Source of the DNA: Ginglymostoma cirratum
Lineage: Eukaryota
Assembly (NCBI GenBank): GCA_024137785.1
Contig: JAHRHZ010000217.1
Span: forward strand, 4,783,013 to 4,847,012
Direction: 5' to 3'
Length of the DNA: 64,000 nt
The notes below the pieces were generated by a model. It did not search any database. It saw only the letters and a list, made by a program, of their open reading frames with translations, and had not been told where the DNA came from. Positions 12,927 through 24,334 of the stretch are shown here, piece by piece. Both the position numbers and the translations under genes were made by a program. How positions within the stretch are numbered: position 1 is the first letter of the stretch; each line of letters opens with the position of its first letter.

Positions 12927-14775
12927 TATTTGAATTATGCAATCTGTAGTTATGAAGGTCATAAAGGTCTTTACATCATATGACTCCAGATCATTCTGAT
13001 GTGCCACCGACAATATTAGTACATTTTACAGTCTTCAGTACATAGGGATAAATAAAATGTGTTGGATACCTGATTGGTTTTAGCAAGAATTTAATCTTCT
13101 TTCTTAATGAACAACAGCAAATCTCCAAATATCAAAATTTTTTACAGACTGCACCAATGTGACCTGCTGCAGTATCTGGCAATTTTACTTTTGTGCAGCA
13201 TAAAGGATTCTACTCAATGAATGATCATCTAATTATCTACCATAGGTTTTGGACTATGCAAGTAAATGTTCATTTCCCAGCAGCAGGAATTAAATCAATG
13301 AAGCTTTATTTGATGGTTTCTAGCTAGACAATGATTATGCTTGTTGAACCTGTTGAAGACATAGTTGAGGACATTGAAGACATAGCCTGTTTCATTTGGA
13401 ACCTCTCAAGACTCAAATATAATCACCAGCTATATGCGAACTCTTCTGTGAGTGTTACTGCAGGTATAACATATAACGCATTGGATTTCAATTTTGCAAA
13501 GAATGATATAGCAGGCTTTCTAATTGCAGCTAATGAATTTCTTTACCTCCAGCACATCACCTGGCATTGCCAACAATGGCTACATCAATGTTTAATGCTC
13601 AGAAACATGCTTCTTTTGAAGAGTTCTATTAAGCCTTAGTCAATGGGCTTATCCAGGAAGGTGTAATGTGAGTTGGCTATCTAGACAACAGATTGTTGCT
13701 TCCCATCAACTGTACCTAACTGCTTTTCAATTGTGCCATGTGTCCAATACTATTCAATATCATCTGCCTCACTGTCTAACTTCCCTTGATAGAAGTAACT
13801 GAGCTAGTTTTTGAGGAAGAGAGTCAGCAGTGAACATAAGTGAAGTGTTACCCAGGGTTGAGCTCTCTCCATGGGCTGCAAGACCCCAACTTAAGGATCA
13901 AAAGTGAGTCAGGTGCCTACAGTGTGTGGAAACAGTTCCACGGGGGTAACTTTCCTCAACTTGACTAATTACTGACCAGAGGTTAGTGTCACCATCAAAG
14001 TAAGAGTGATGGGTGGGCCCTCAAAACTGGAGGACAAATAAGAAGCCATCCAGCATTGAAAAAGTAGCAAACCATCATCTCATGAGCTAAAAGAGAGGGC
14101 ATATCAAGGTAATGGCATTCTCTAAGTTTTCCAGCATTAATATAAAAAGTGCCTTTAGAAGCTGGGTCAGTGGCTACAGCTGAAATTATTGAGCGAGGGA
14201 AGGTATCAGAGCCTATCTGCAGTTCTTACCTCCACCCCTGGTGTCTCATATTTTCAGATACCACTGCGATGGTGTCTGGTTTGGGTAGCTCACTGCCACT
14301 CATCCTCCTTTCTCTATGTTGTGTTTAGGTCAATCAGATTGACAAATTGTCAGTGGTAGAGATACCATAGCTGAACCTGAACAGAAGAGTGCTTGTCTTA
14401 GGCAATGTGGTAAATTATTGATTGATAAGTACAGATTATGTTCATTTGTTAACCGTAATTGCCAAGGACTATTGAGAACTGTACATTAGACATCTGATGC
14501 ATTTAGTTACTTATGCAGATCTCAAATATCTGCATCCAAAGATTGTGTGATGTTGTCAGATTGGTAGATAACAATGTAAAATGAACATTAATTTCTTCAG
14601 ATATATGATCTTATACAGCATGGTCCACCACCAGAAATCCATTGCTAGGGTCATGGCAAAATTCCAATCAGCTTCTGACAATGGGCTTTAGTAGGCTTTT
14701 TCCAAGCTGAATTGGCTACTCACTGCTCACTGGTGGGTCGTTTTTCTGCTCCGATTACATGCAAGGAAAATGGAT

Positions 14776-14921
14776 GAGGAAAAGCCTGAAAGTGGGACAG
14801 AGCTGGGAAATCAGCATGTCAGTTGATAGTGTGCTCACCAGTGTTTGTGTTCCTTTCCAGCAGGGGTTAAAATTTTCCCACCAGAGAGTCATTGACTCTG
14901 ACCTAGCTTCTGCCTGTGTGT
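14776..14921 (-). pseudogene. DIAPH-like FH2 exon remnant (~exon 25)
   Basis: Strong acceptor ttttctgcttttccag. EARSESMTLWWENF...LSTDMLISQLCPTFRLFL versus AQEQYNKLRMMHSNM...LSVEEFFMDLHNFRNMFL. Confidence 0.6.
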
Positions 14922-15189
14922 CTGGAAAAGCAGAAAAGGAAAAGAAATAAATGTTACAATATTTTCTGAATGAGAGTTTATTCTCATCCAACATTCAAAC
15001 AAAAAATGCAGTACATGATTTAGCATCAATGAGTGAAAAAAAAAATGGTAGGATGAGGCGAAAGACTGCATGGGTGTTACAAAATCCCAAACTGGTGTCA
15101 ATTCTCTTAATTCCTCCCCTCCAGTCCCTCACCATTAAAGGATTGTATCCTTTAGCTAGTGTTTAGCGTTGTCAAAGCCGTTCCTTATT

Positions 15190-15305
15190 TGATGTTTTTG
15201 TACAAAACCCTCTTTATCTCCATGATCTATCTTTTGTTATGATCTATCTTCTTTCAGCACAAATAGAAGAACTGAGAGATTGTGTAGGTCTTCATTATTA
15301 CAAGG
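15190..15305 (-). pseudogene. DIAPH-like FH2 exon remnant (~exon 24)
   Basis: NEDLHNL..LKED..GDKEGFVQKH versus AENLQKNL..VERD..DEKDKFVEKM. Confidence 0.55.
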
Positions 15306-15424
15306 ATATCCAAGCATCAGCATTCAATCCAAGTTGTGCCTGAACCATGCAGACAAACTAGCTGATATGCTTACACTAGCTTGAAAGCAGTCAAAGCATG
15401 GGAACAGTGGTGACACAACGTGAC

Positions 15425-15580
15425 CTGAGTTGCATGGATGTTCAAGACAAATGGAGATTACAATTTAAGAAAGTATGGCGAGGATGTAATTATCAACGTC
15501 TACGGCACTTCATACACTTCATTAATGAAAGATAATAATCCGTTCTATTATTTTGGCAGGCTACTGAAGTCATTAAACAT
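15425..15580 (-). pseudogene. DIAPH-like FH2 exon remnant (~exon 23)
   Basis: FNDFSSLPK**NGLLSFINEVYE..PYFLKL..HATQ|gt versus [28 protein letters not shown]..KASRV. Confidence 0.7.
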
Positions 15581-15949
15581 TTTCCTACACTGCCTCCAGG
15601 TTAAAAGTGTGTGGCTCATCGAATTATGCTAGTTTCCATTTCCTGTCATTTTGGATTGGCAGTTTGCCTGGAGGTCCCATGGCGCCCCATTCTCTAAAGA
15701 ACATTTCTCCTGTATCTCATTTCCTCTATCCAAATTTCCCTGTCTCTATCAGAGAACCTGTACGCTACTCAATTACTTGTCAACATGTTTGCAAAATAGA
15801 AGAATGAAGCATTGTGAACCTGCAGAACATGCTATTCAATGCTGCTGTCAGCCTTATCATGTAATGCAGCTATAACATGTAATTTTCCACTCATCAATGG
15901 ACAAATTCCAAATCACAAATATTTTCAATATCCAGAATTAAGTACAGAA

Positions 15950-16450
15950 ATATGTGAAAGGTCACCACATCTAACAGGCACTCTTCTCTCTAACTTACTG
16001 TAGATTAACTTACCACTTCATGATAACCATAAGTGCATGCAATACTCTAATTATGGTTTAACAGAGTTTGATACAGGTGTACGGCACCATATAACTTCCT
16101 TACTTATTAAGTCTCCAATTCTCACTCCAGAATTGAAGTACAATTGAAGTATTTTGCATCTTTTTTGGTGGACTTGCTAACCTATTCGTAACTTTAAGTG
16201 ATTGTTCTATTTGAACTCCAAGATTCCTTTCTTCCTCTACACCTGCATGTGCATCTTTCAAGTAATAAATAATCTCCTTCTTCTTGCCATACTATAATCT
16301 ATCAGATTTATCTGTGCTAAACTTCATTGATCAAAATCTCAACTATGTACCCTTTTTCGAAGTTTATTAAAATCCTTCTGTAATTAGTTACAGTCCACGT
16401 TAGTAAAGATTATTTCCTCAGTTTGGCATGTCCATGAATTTAGGAATTTT
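15950..16450 (-). mobile_element. Old CR1-like LINE ORF2 fragment
   Basis: Degenerate antisense RT C-terminal motifs (ACTCCAAGATTCCTT, AAACTTCAT, ATCCTTCTGTAA) resembling 55720-55900. Confidence 0.45.
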
Positions 16451-16992
16451 GGGTAGAATTTGAAACCTTCCCCATTCCTTCCACTCTGTGGGACAGGTGG
16501 CAAGGGAAAGTATAAAACTGGGTGGCATGGCAAGTGTGTTTACCAGTTAACTACTTGTTGCCTCTTTCACCAGCAAAAGGGGGCACCCAGACCAAGTAGT
16601 AACACTTCAAGTGGAAAGTCAGTGCCAAACAGATCTAGCCTCTACTTCACTCCATCTGCTTCTAGTACCCACTGGCCCTTTCCCACTCTCTTCAACTGAG
16701 TGCCCCAAACCCCTTGCTGTGGCATACCCGACTGCCCCCAGAAATCGTCTCACTTACCTTCTTGCCTAGTTTCATCAACAATTATCATTGAGTTCAGGCG
16801 CAGTCACAGCATTGACCACTGCTCTTTGTGGTGACTCTGGGAGAATAGATCTGCCAGCCATCTGTTTGGCTGTTAACACTCAGAAATGGACTTTTCTCCC
16901 ATCCCTGTGGCCATTAACTTATCAATTGAATGCAAGCTTAAACCCAACATTTAATTCAGAAGGGAAGGGGGTCACTGTCTAAAATTCAGCCT
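16451..16992. mobile_element. Harbinger-type MITE
   Basis: Ends GGGTAGAATTTG / AAAATTCAGCCT, the same TIR class as 8818-9050; locally GC-richer interior. Confidence 0.5.
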
Positions 16993-17039
16993 TAAATTTT
17001 TAAATCCAAAAATCAAATTGACCACAGGAAGTACACCAG

Positions 17040-19400
17040 GACACCCATTCCCCAATAAATTACTTAGAAAGATTGCAAAATAATCATTCGAAGAGGCAAT
17101 AATATCTCCTGAATGTCAGAATTTCGAAGAATAATATGAAGATTATGAATCTGAAGAAATCTATTAAAGGACACCAAAAATTCTGGTAGGCCTGGAAAAT
17201 GGGCATCCAAACAAAGAACAAATGATAACAAATTCATTCATTCACTTTCAAATTAAAAAAATAATCCTTTGGATGAAGAAAGAAACTTACAATTGCTGAT
17301 CTCACCACCAACGAAAACTATTCATTCAAAAGTTAGGTAAGACACCAGCAGGAAGGCCTGGAGCTACATTGTTAAAAATCTTTGCCAATGTTGTTATGTG
17401 TACCTTGCCTTTAAGAGAGTTCACCTTTAATGTTATTCTGCTGTGCATCTGTGTGCTTTCCATTGACAGAAGTCAGTTGTCTTGCTGGAATGTCTCCTTA
17501 ATAGCTTATAATGTGTTTCACTGTTTTAAATAAACAAAACCACAGAGTTAACATGCCCCTGACGGGCAGTTGATTAATAGAGCATTATTATAACCATGGT
17601 TAAGAGCAGTGGAAAACATCATGCTGATGAAGCCAATGATGCCAGAAAAATCATACAATCAAATTAAATCTACAGATAGAACATCTGGCTGACAGTCTTA
17701 AACTGTATAAAAAGTTCATGAGACAGCTTTCAATGTCTTCGTTCATAATAGCATTGGAGAGTGTTGAAAACACAGTTAGCTGGAAAACAGACAAATCACT
17801 AAAAGGAGGCCTTTTTAACTCACATGAGAAAGGCAAGAGATCAAAGTATACGCCAGATGAACAGCAAGGGAAAGTCAAAGACGTACTGTCAGAATCCACA
17901 AAATTCTCTGGTTTATATTGAGACACAGCAGACCTCATAACAGAATTAACATGATTAAGAAGCGTTCATAGCTTATAGATTTTGGCATGTCTGATGCAAA
18001 AAAAAAAGTTAGCCATTAAGATTTGGATAATAAGGTGCCCATAGATATAACAAATCTACATTAAAACAAGAGAGCTAAAAAATCCCCGGAAGATATGGAC
18101 CACATTAGAAGATCAATTCAGAATGAGAATAATGTTCCTTTTTTATCAGTTAGAATTAATGGTATTTATACAGAAGTCTATAGATTCTAACTTTATGAAC
18201 ATATATAGGGAAAAGTCAATTTATGTCAGTTATTTTTGATGGGAGGTAGCAAACAGAATTATTTAAATGGTGATTGCATCTCCACACATAGGAGCGTTCT
18301 AGAAAGATTTGTTAAAGAAATTCAAGACTTTCTGCATCAAAGAACCACTGAAGGATGAATATAAATATAAAACAATCCACAGATTAATGAAGTTTATAGG
18401 TGTTAAGTGCAAACTTGATGTTTAAAGTTATCATAAAAATACCCAAACATAGGAAGACAGGTGAACTGTGGCCTTCTGCATACACTAAGGAAATGCTGAG
18501 CTTTTAATTAATCTTGCAAGGCAAAAATGACAAGGAGTATCTTCAAGTTACAGTAAAAACTATCTGGCATCCCATCAGAGGCATATAGGTGAAGTTAATC
18601 AGAATTTGATGATGTTCATGACAAGACAAGGAGCAATGAACAGATGTTTCCCTTGCAACTTCATGGTAAACACTAGAGTCATCACATCGTCTAAAGTGTT
18701 CACAAAATGTCAGATTATCTGGTCTCAGAATACTGAAGACATGTAAAACAAATCAGACTCAGCAGGAGAAGCTGCAAGGACATCAGCTTGAGCTCAAAGC
18801 AATGCTAAAGAAAATAACAGACCTGTAAAAACAAGCAGAGATGCAGAGTGGAAGCAAGAAGGAGATACAAAACACTCATGAGACAATCCTTTTAGAAATA
18901 AATACCAATGATGATACTCCAGTGGAAGAACTCAAGTAGGGCATAGAAGAAACCAACCAACCATGAAACAAACAAGTTGAAGCGATCCAGGCTTCCAAAA
19001 TATCAATAAATAAAATGTTGGAGGTCGGATAGTTATCAGAGCAGGGTATGAAGGAGAAAAATATTCTGGCTCAACAGAAGGCAAAGCATTGATAGATGTA
19101 GAAGAACTTCAGGGTGCAAAAACAGCATTTTTAAAAAGAACTGAAAGCTCTTAAGTAACAAAACAATAATTGGAAAAAGATTTGGACCACTTGATACAAC
19201 TTTAGAAATGAGATTAGTAAATGGCTAATCTGTAACAAAGCTTGGCTGTTCTGCACCAGAAAACTAATTTTTGAATAGCAACTGCACTTCATGAAAGAAA
19301 AACCTGTCTATACAAACAGGAATTACAGACAGTATCACTGATGATTGTAGAAATTAACACGACAACAGACACCTCCACGCAAAGTCACCCATCATAAGAT
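17040..19400 (+). pseudogene. CCDC110: Decayed large coiled-coil exon resembling CCDC110, nested antisense in a DIAPH-like intron
   Basis: A-rich, coding-like stretch with many stops and frameshifts. Colinear motifs MKKE..SH, HETAFNVFVH..C, E..GKVNLCQLFL, YTKEML, ILQGKN, VNQN..AMN, ETILLEINTNDD, VEAIQ, KELK..QN match recalled human CCDC110 MKEE..SH, RETVSKFHVH..C, EQCVAKIQYLQNYL, YSKECL, VLQGQN, VNNE..AMK, ETLLQIIETVKD, IENIQ, EELK..EN. Confidence 0.55.
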
Positions 19401-19784
19401 CTCAGTATCAGCATATTACTGCTTGATAGAGATTCAGAGGCTCGCTTGCTATTGTATTCATCAAACTTTATTTTTGAAAGAAAATGGCTGTTTCACATGA
19501 ACTGCTGCCTTTCAGAGAGTTCGCTTTTAAGGATTCCAGCTGCTGTGTGCATAGAGTGCTGTGACTCCATCAGCCAATTGGTCTGCTGTGGTTTTGCCAG
19601 CTACACATCCACAGAAATCAGTTTGTTTGCCATAATTTTTGCCTCTAATTTATAATGTGTTTTACTGCTTAAAATAAACTAACACATCACATTGCATAGC
19701 AAACCAGCAGTCCAGCAAACTGAACTAAACAATCTCCCGAGGACTTAACAGCTGTTTTATGATGCAAACTGATGCCAACAAAGC

Positions 19785-19925
19785 CCACACTGGTTAAGGT
19801 TACCACGAAGGACTCTTCTTCTCATCCTCTCCCCTCACCTGACATGTGGTGACCCTCAGATTAAACCATCTCCAGTCATGTCTCTCTCTCTAATGAGTGA
19901 GCACCCCTATGGTCCTATGACCTTT
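19785..19925 (+). mobile_element. SINE-like fragment (unclassified)
   Basis: CTCTCCCCTCACCTGA..GTGGTGACCCTCAG.TTAAACCA..CCAGTC...CTAATGAG motif recalled as a common shark SINE. Confidence 0.4.
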
Positions 19926-20116
19926 TTTTTAAGTTTAAGTTTAAAATAAAAGCTTAATAACATTGGACTAACAGAAGTGGCCCAATGAATTTTCTATGAA
20001 TGGGAACATTTATGACATGCCTGGTTCAATTATTTCATGAAAATAGCAATCCACTTGCATGGTTTAAATTCCAGAATACAGAATGGTCTTAATTCAGTGC
20101 AACCATTTGATATGTA

Positions 20117-20860
20117 CTACACTTAATGGTCAGGTCCTGGGCAGTGTTGCTAAACAAAGAGACCTCAGAGTGCAGGTTCACATTTCCCTGAAAGTGGACT
20201 CACAGGTAGACAGGATAGTGAAGAAGGCATTTGGTACGCTTGCCTTTATTGGTCAGTGCATTGAGTTTAGTAGTTGGGTGGCTGTACAGGGCATTGGTTA
20301 GACCCCTTTTGGAATACTGCATTCAATTCTGGTCTGCCTGCTAAAGGAAGGATGTTGTGAAACTTGAAAGGGTTCAGAAAAGATTTACAAGCATGTTGCC
20401 AGGGTTGCAGGGTTTGGGCTACAGGGAAAAGTTGAATAGACTGGGGCTTTTTTCCCTGAAGTTTTGAAGGCTGAGGGGTGACCTTATAAAGGTTTATAAA
20501 ATCATGAGGGGCATGGATAGGGAAATAGATAAGGTCTTTTTCCGGGGATGGGGGAGTACAAAACTGGAGGGCATAGGTTTAAGGTGAATGGGAAAAGATT
20601 TATAAGGGACCTAAGGGGCAACTTTTTCATGGAGAGGATGGTGCTTGTATGGAATGAACTGCCAGATGAAGTGGTGGAGGCTGGTACAATTACAGCATTT
20701 AAAAGTCATCTGGATAGGTATATGAATAAGAAGGGTTTAGAGGGATATTGGCCAAATACTGGGAAATGAGACTAGATTTATTTAGGATATCAGGTCGGCA
20801 TGGATGAGTTAGACCAAAGGGTTTGTTTCGATGCTGTACAACTCTATGACTCTGTTACTC
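20117..20860 (+). mobile_element. CR1 (HER1-like) LINE 3' portion
   Basis: ORFs 20083-20301 and 20548-20769 (QRDLRVQVH; GHRFKV..FFMERMVLVWNELP). Tail ACTCTATGACTCT. Confidence 0.9.
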
Positions 20861-20897
20861 TACTGGAATGGGCATAAGCCTGGTTTTAGGAAGCAGA

Positions 20898-21152
20898 CTT
20901 GCACAGATCAATGGCAAAGATTTTAGGCTTCTTCCTTCTCACATGAATATGTCTCAGGAGCCAAAGTCTCAAACAGGAAGAGGCTAGAGGCATCTGCAAG
21001 CTCAATGTGTAAACAACAATGATCACACCAGGTATAGTCCACTGAAAAAGCACTCCACAGGCACACACTTAATTTCAGTGATATCTCACAGCATTCCATA
21101 ATGAAAGACGTGCTTTCATTTCAGGCAACATTCTTGACATTTTGCTCATCAT
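20898..21152 (-). pseudogene. DIAPH-like FH2 exon remnant (~exon 22)
   Basis: MSKMSRMLPEMKARL ... IPGVIIV ... LLRHIHVRRKKPKIFAIDLCK versus MGTVPRLRPRLNAIL...IKPEIVSV...[25 protein letters not shown]. Confidence 0.65.
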
Positions 21153-21199
21153 CTATTTTCTTAGAAATGGTTAACCAGAGTAGTGTTGCACAGAATGCT

Positions 21200-22120
21200 C
21201 CCACGCAATTCAACACTTCACGGTATCCTAAAAGCAACTGCTGTCTTTGTTAAACACTATAGCACCTCTACAAGAATTAAGAAGGGACCTAAAAGTCCTT
21301 GGCCAATAAGCTGAGATTTAAGGAGGAATGGAGGTTTTAAAAGAGGAGAGAGGGTGGAGAGACAATAAGATTTATGAAGGGAGTTTTGGACCAAGAAAGT
21401 TGAATGCATGTGTGCCAATGATAAGCAAAGGGAAGAATAATCCACACAATGCTAAAGGGGAATAACTAAAATATTCTTGATAAGGGGCGAGAGTGGAATT
21501 TTAGGTTGGAAGGAGTTTACAGGGACAGTGAAGGACAGACTATAAAGGGATTTAAATGTATAGGTAAAACACTTAGTCAAGAATAAATATAGTTGAGAGA
21601 GCATAGGGAAGATGACTGAGAAACATTTTTACGTTTAGGATATAGGCAACCGAGCTTTCAATGAACTTAATCACACAGATGGTGAACATAGACATTTGGG
21701 AAATATTGGAGTAACATTTTGTGAAGGTGCCTTGATGAAGGTGTTGGATTTCAGCAGCAGATGTGCTGAGGTAAAGCCTAACTGGGATGATGTTATGGGG
21801 ATTGAAAGCAGTGACATTTGCAATGGAGAAGATTTGGATTTGGAAGTGTAGCCTGGGGTCAAATGGGCAGTGAGTCTATGATCAAACTGATGTAGTGAGC
21901 ACAAAGAGGCTATAGCATCAAGTTTATGGCAGGGGCTGAAAGCAAGAGCCTTGGTTTTCTTTTTTTCTGTGGAAAATTCCAGTTCTTAACCTTAACTGGA
22001 TATCAGAAAAAAAGTAGACTGACAATATTGAGATAGCATAGGGCTTAGGTGAAGTGTTGGGGAGTTGGACTTCTGTCACATCAAGGTATATTCGAACAAT
22101 GGTCTTGCATCTGCAAATGC
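21200..22120 (-). mobile_element. Old L2-type LINE fragment
   Basis: Purine-rich degenerate antisense L2 3' region, similar to 27190-27610. Confidence 0.5.
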
Positions 22121-22255
22121 TATTTAACAAATTTGTTGAGGCCCATTTCTAAGCTGCATAATAGGCACTGCTTATCTAGCCAAAACAGATGTCCAAAGCA
22201 CTGTACTGGAGCATTATGCAGTCGTTGACACAAGATGCGGCATCTGTTTCACCTC
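22121..22255 (-). pseudogene. DIAPH-like FH2 exon remnant (~exon 21)
   Basis: Acceptor ctacccag, then EVKQMP ... L..GPQQIC versus NLIKQMP...DLAE(P/S)EQFGVV. Lies at the expected position between flanking exons. Confidence 0.45.
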
Positions 22256-22512
22256 CTGGGTAGGTAGCTTGCATGGAAGGACAGCATCTGAGGAGAGGAA
22301 ACTAGCTTGTGCCAGTTAGAATGGGAGCCAGAGAGAGAGGTTGTGTAGTTAATTTTGAGGAATTGACATTGATAGAGCACAAGGCAATCATAAATGACAA
22401 AAAAGGCATCAGATGTATGCAAGATCATCAAGTTTATGGCAGGGAATGGGGGATATGTTTGGCTTCAAAGGCAATAGGGAGGAAGAAGCAGAAGTGACAT
22501 CTAAAAGGATAT

Positions 22513-22760
22513 CACAAAAACAGAAATTGATGAGAAAACTCAGCTGGTCCGGCAGCATCCATGTGAAGAAAGTCAAGTTAACATTTTGACTCCATTGACT
22601 CTTCATCAGAACCTAAACAGAACTCAGGTCTGATGAAGAGTCAATGGAGTCAAAATGTTAACTCTGCTTTCTTCCCACAAATGCAGTCACACCTGCTTAG
22701 TTTCACATTCAATTTCTATTTTTGTTTCAGATCTCCAGCATCTACGGTCCTTTGTATCAT
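22513..22760. mobile_element. Palindromic Penelope-like fragment
   Basis: Inverted arms with a perfect 35-bp core at 22576-22610 / 22629-22663; decayed hammerhead core CTGATGA..CAAAA. Confidence 0.75.
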
Positions 22761-22865
22761 TTTAGTTGATAGAATGTCCTTTGACTTGAAGACAGGGAAA
22801 ACAGCAAACCCCATATTTGCTTTTAGAAGGAAGAGTGTAGAGGAAAGGTGAGGGAATTTGAAGTA

Positions 22866-22964
22866 CTGGTTGATGATGGAAAAAAGGAACTGAAGTTTGT
22901 CTTTGACTTCTAATATTATTCAATGTATTGTTAACATTCAAACTTTGTAGGTGAATGAAGCAAA
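22866..22964 (-). pseudogene. DIAPH-like FH2 exon remnant (~exon 20)
   Basis: Acceptor ttttacaattgcag. IHLQSLNV / IH*IILEVKDKL..SIINQ versus IFLGSFRM..IKNVILEVNEAVLTESMIQ. Confidence 0.7.
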
Positions 22965-23084
22965 CTGCAATTGTAAAAGTCAAAACTTATGCAGGTGTTT
23001 AAAAGAAATCACATTCTAAACTTTTTGCTAATCTACGTTTTGTTAGGAATAAAAGCTGTGACTTGTGCTGAATAAATGATCATC

Positions 23085-23450
23085 ATAGAATCAAAGAATA
23101 ATAGAATCATACAGTACAGAAGAATGGTTCATCAAGTCTGTACAGCCAATTTATTCAACTACCTATATCAGTCCCACTTTACCACACTCGACCCATAGAC
23201 CTGAACGTTCTGACGCTGCAAGTGTTCATCCAAGTACTTTTTAAAGCTTGTGATGTTTTCTGCCTTAACCATCCTCCTAGGCAGTGCATTCCAGAACCCC
23301 GCCATCTTCTGGGTGAAAAGGAATTTCCTCCAATTCCCTCGAAACCTCTTGCCTTTCACTCTAAAATTATGCCACTTTGTTATTGGCCCTTCAACTGAAG
23401 GGAAACATTGCTTTCTATTTATGCTGTCCATGCCCCTCATAATCTTACAG
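23085..23450 (-). mobile_element. CR1 LINE 3' fragment
   Basis: ORF 23168-23497 KIMRGMD..FLFTQKMAGFWNALP; ATAGAATC-type tail. Confidence 0.85.
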
Positions 23451-23780
23451 GTATGTGGAATAACTGCACAGAGGCTTGCATCCCTACACTGAGTCACCGT
23501 TTATTTACTTGGGCACAGTACACAGATTGTGACCAGCCATTTCAGAGCCAGTGTCCTGAATTGAACCAACTCCCCTATTTATACTTACCTTCTTTTTTTC
23601 GCTTTTTCTTCATCATTAATCCCACTTTCGTCACCACTGAAATAGCTGCACAGAAGCCAGTGTCTCGTCACCAAATCACCCTTTATTTACTAGTGCACAG
23701 TACACTGGCTGTGCCCAACCAGCTCGGAGTCAGTCCTCAACTGAGGAGATTCTAGAGATTATTTTCCCCAGCGCCCATGT

Positions 23781-23814
<34 letters not shown>

Positions 23815-24000
23815 AGTGTGTGTGTGTGTGTGTGTGTGTAGGTGCAGGACACAGTGAAAAACACCAGTTGCATGGACAATTTTATTAATATTCCACTTCC
23901 CTGTTTATAATGGTCAGCCAGGGCTTCCTGATTGGCCCAGGTTAACAATTCAATCAAGGATTTCATAAGCAACAAGATCCACCTGGTTCCAGTCACTATA
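23450..24000. mobile_element. Two related solo-LTR-like fragments in tandem
   Basis: 23455-23590 and 23630-24000 share CTGCACAGA..TCACC.TTTATTTACT..GCACAGTACAC; CCAAT-like element CTGATTGG. Confidence 0.4.
23781..23839. repeat. (TG)n microsatellite
   Basis: Near-perfect TG run seen directly. Confidence 0.95.
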
Positions 24001-24149
24001 TTATACTTGCAAGACATTGGCCAGTTTTAAATCTTAAATCCTGGGTCATTCATTGCCATACAGATGACAAGTGACACTGTAATTTTAGCAAAATATCTAA
24101 ATAAATTGTAGCCACAGCATTTCTCTGGTGAATTCCATGGATTTCCTGC

Positions 24150-24297
24150 CTAAGCTTGGTGATCTGGAGAATCTCTGTGGATATTATTCAATCCCCTCAC
24201 TCCTCTTTTCTCCTGTCTTCTTGAAGGGAAAAATTGAATACTTTTTACTGGGAGTCTGTTCCACATAGATGAAATTCTTCTTACTGGCATTTTATTG
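24150..24297 (-). pseudogene. DIAPH-like FH2 exon remnant (~exon 19)
   Basis: Acceptor ttgtttttccag. RQEKRGVRGLNNIHRDSPDHQA versus [20 protein letters not shown]. Confidence 0.6.
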
Positions 24298-24334
24298 CTG
24301 GAAAAACAATATGTAAACAGTAGTTTTACTTTCA

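Noticed and set aside
13331-13639. 102-aa plus ORF and antisense EEF/QAM motifs as a DIAPH exon
   Set aside because: The corresponding DIAPH exon fits better at 14776-14921, and the ORF has no recognisable homology.
15258-15370. Possible plus-strand upstream CCDC110-like exon (IQASAF..TMQT)
   Set aside because: Weak match, and it overlaps the better-supported minus-strand DIAPH exon remnant at 15190-15305.
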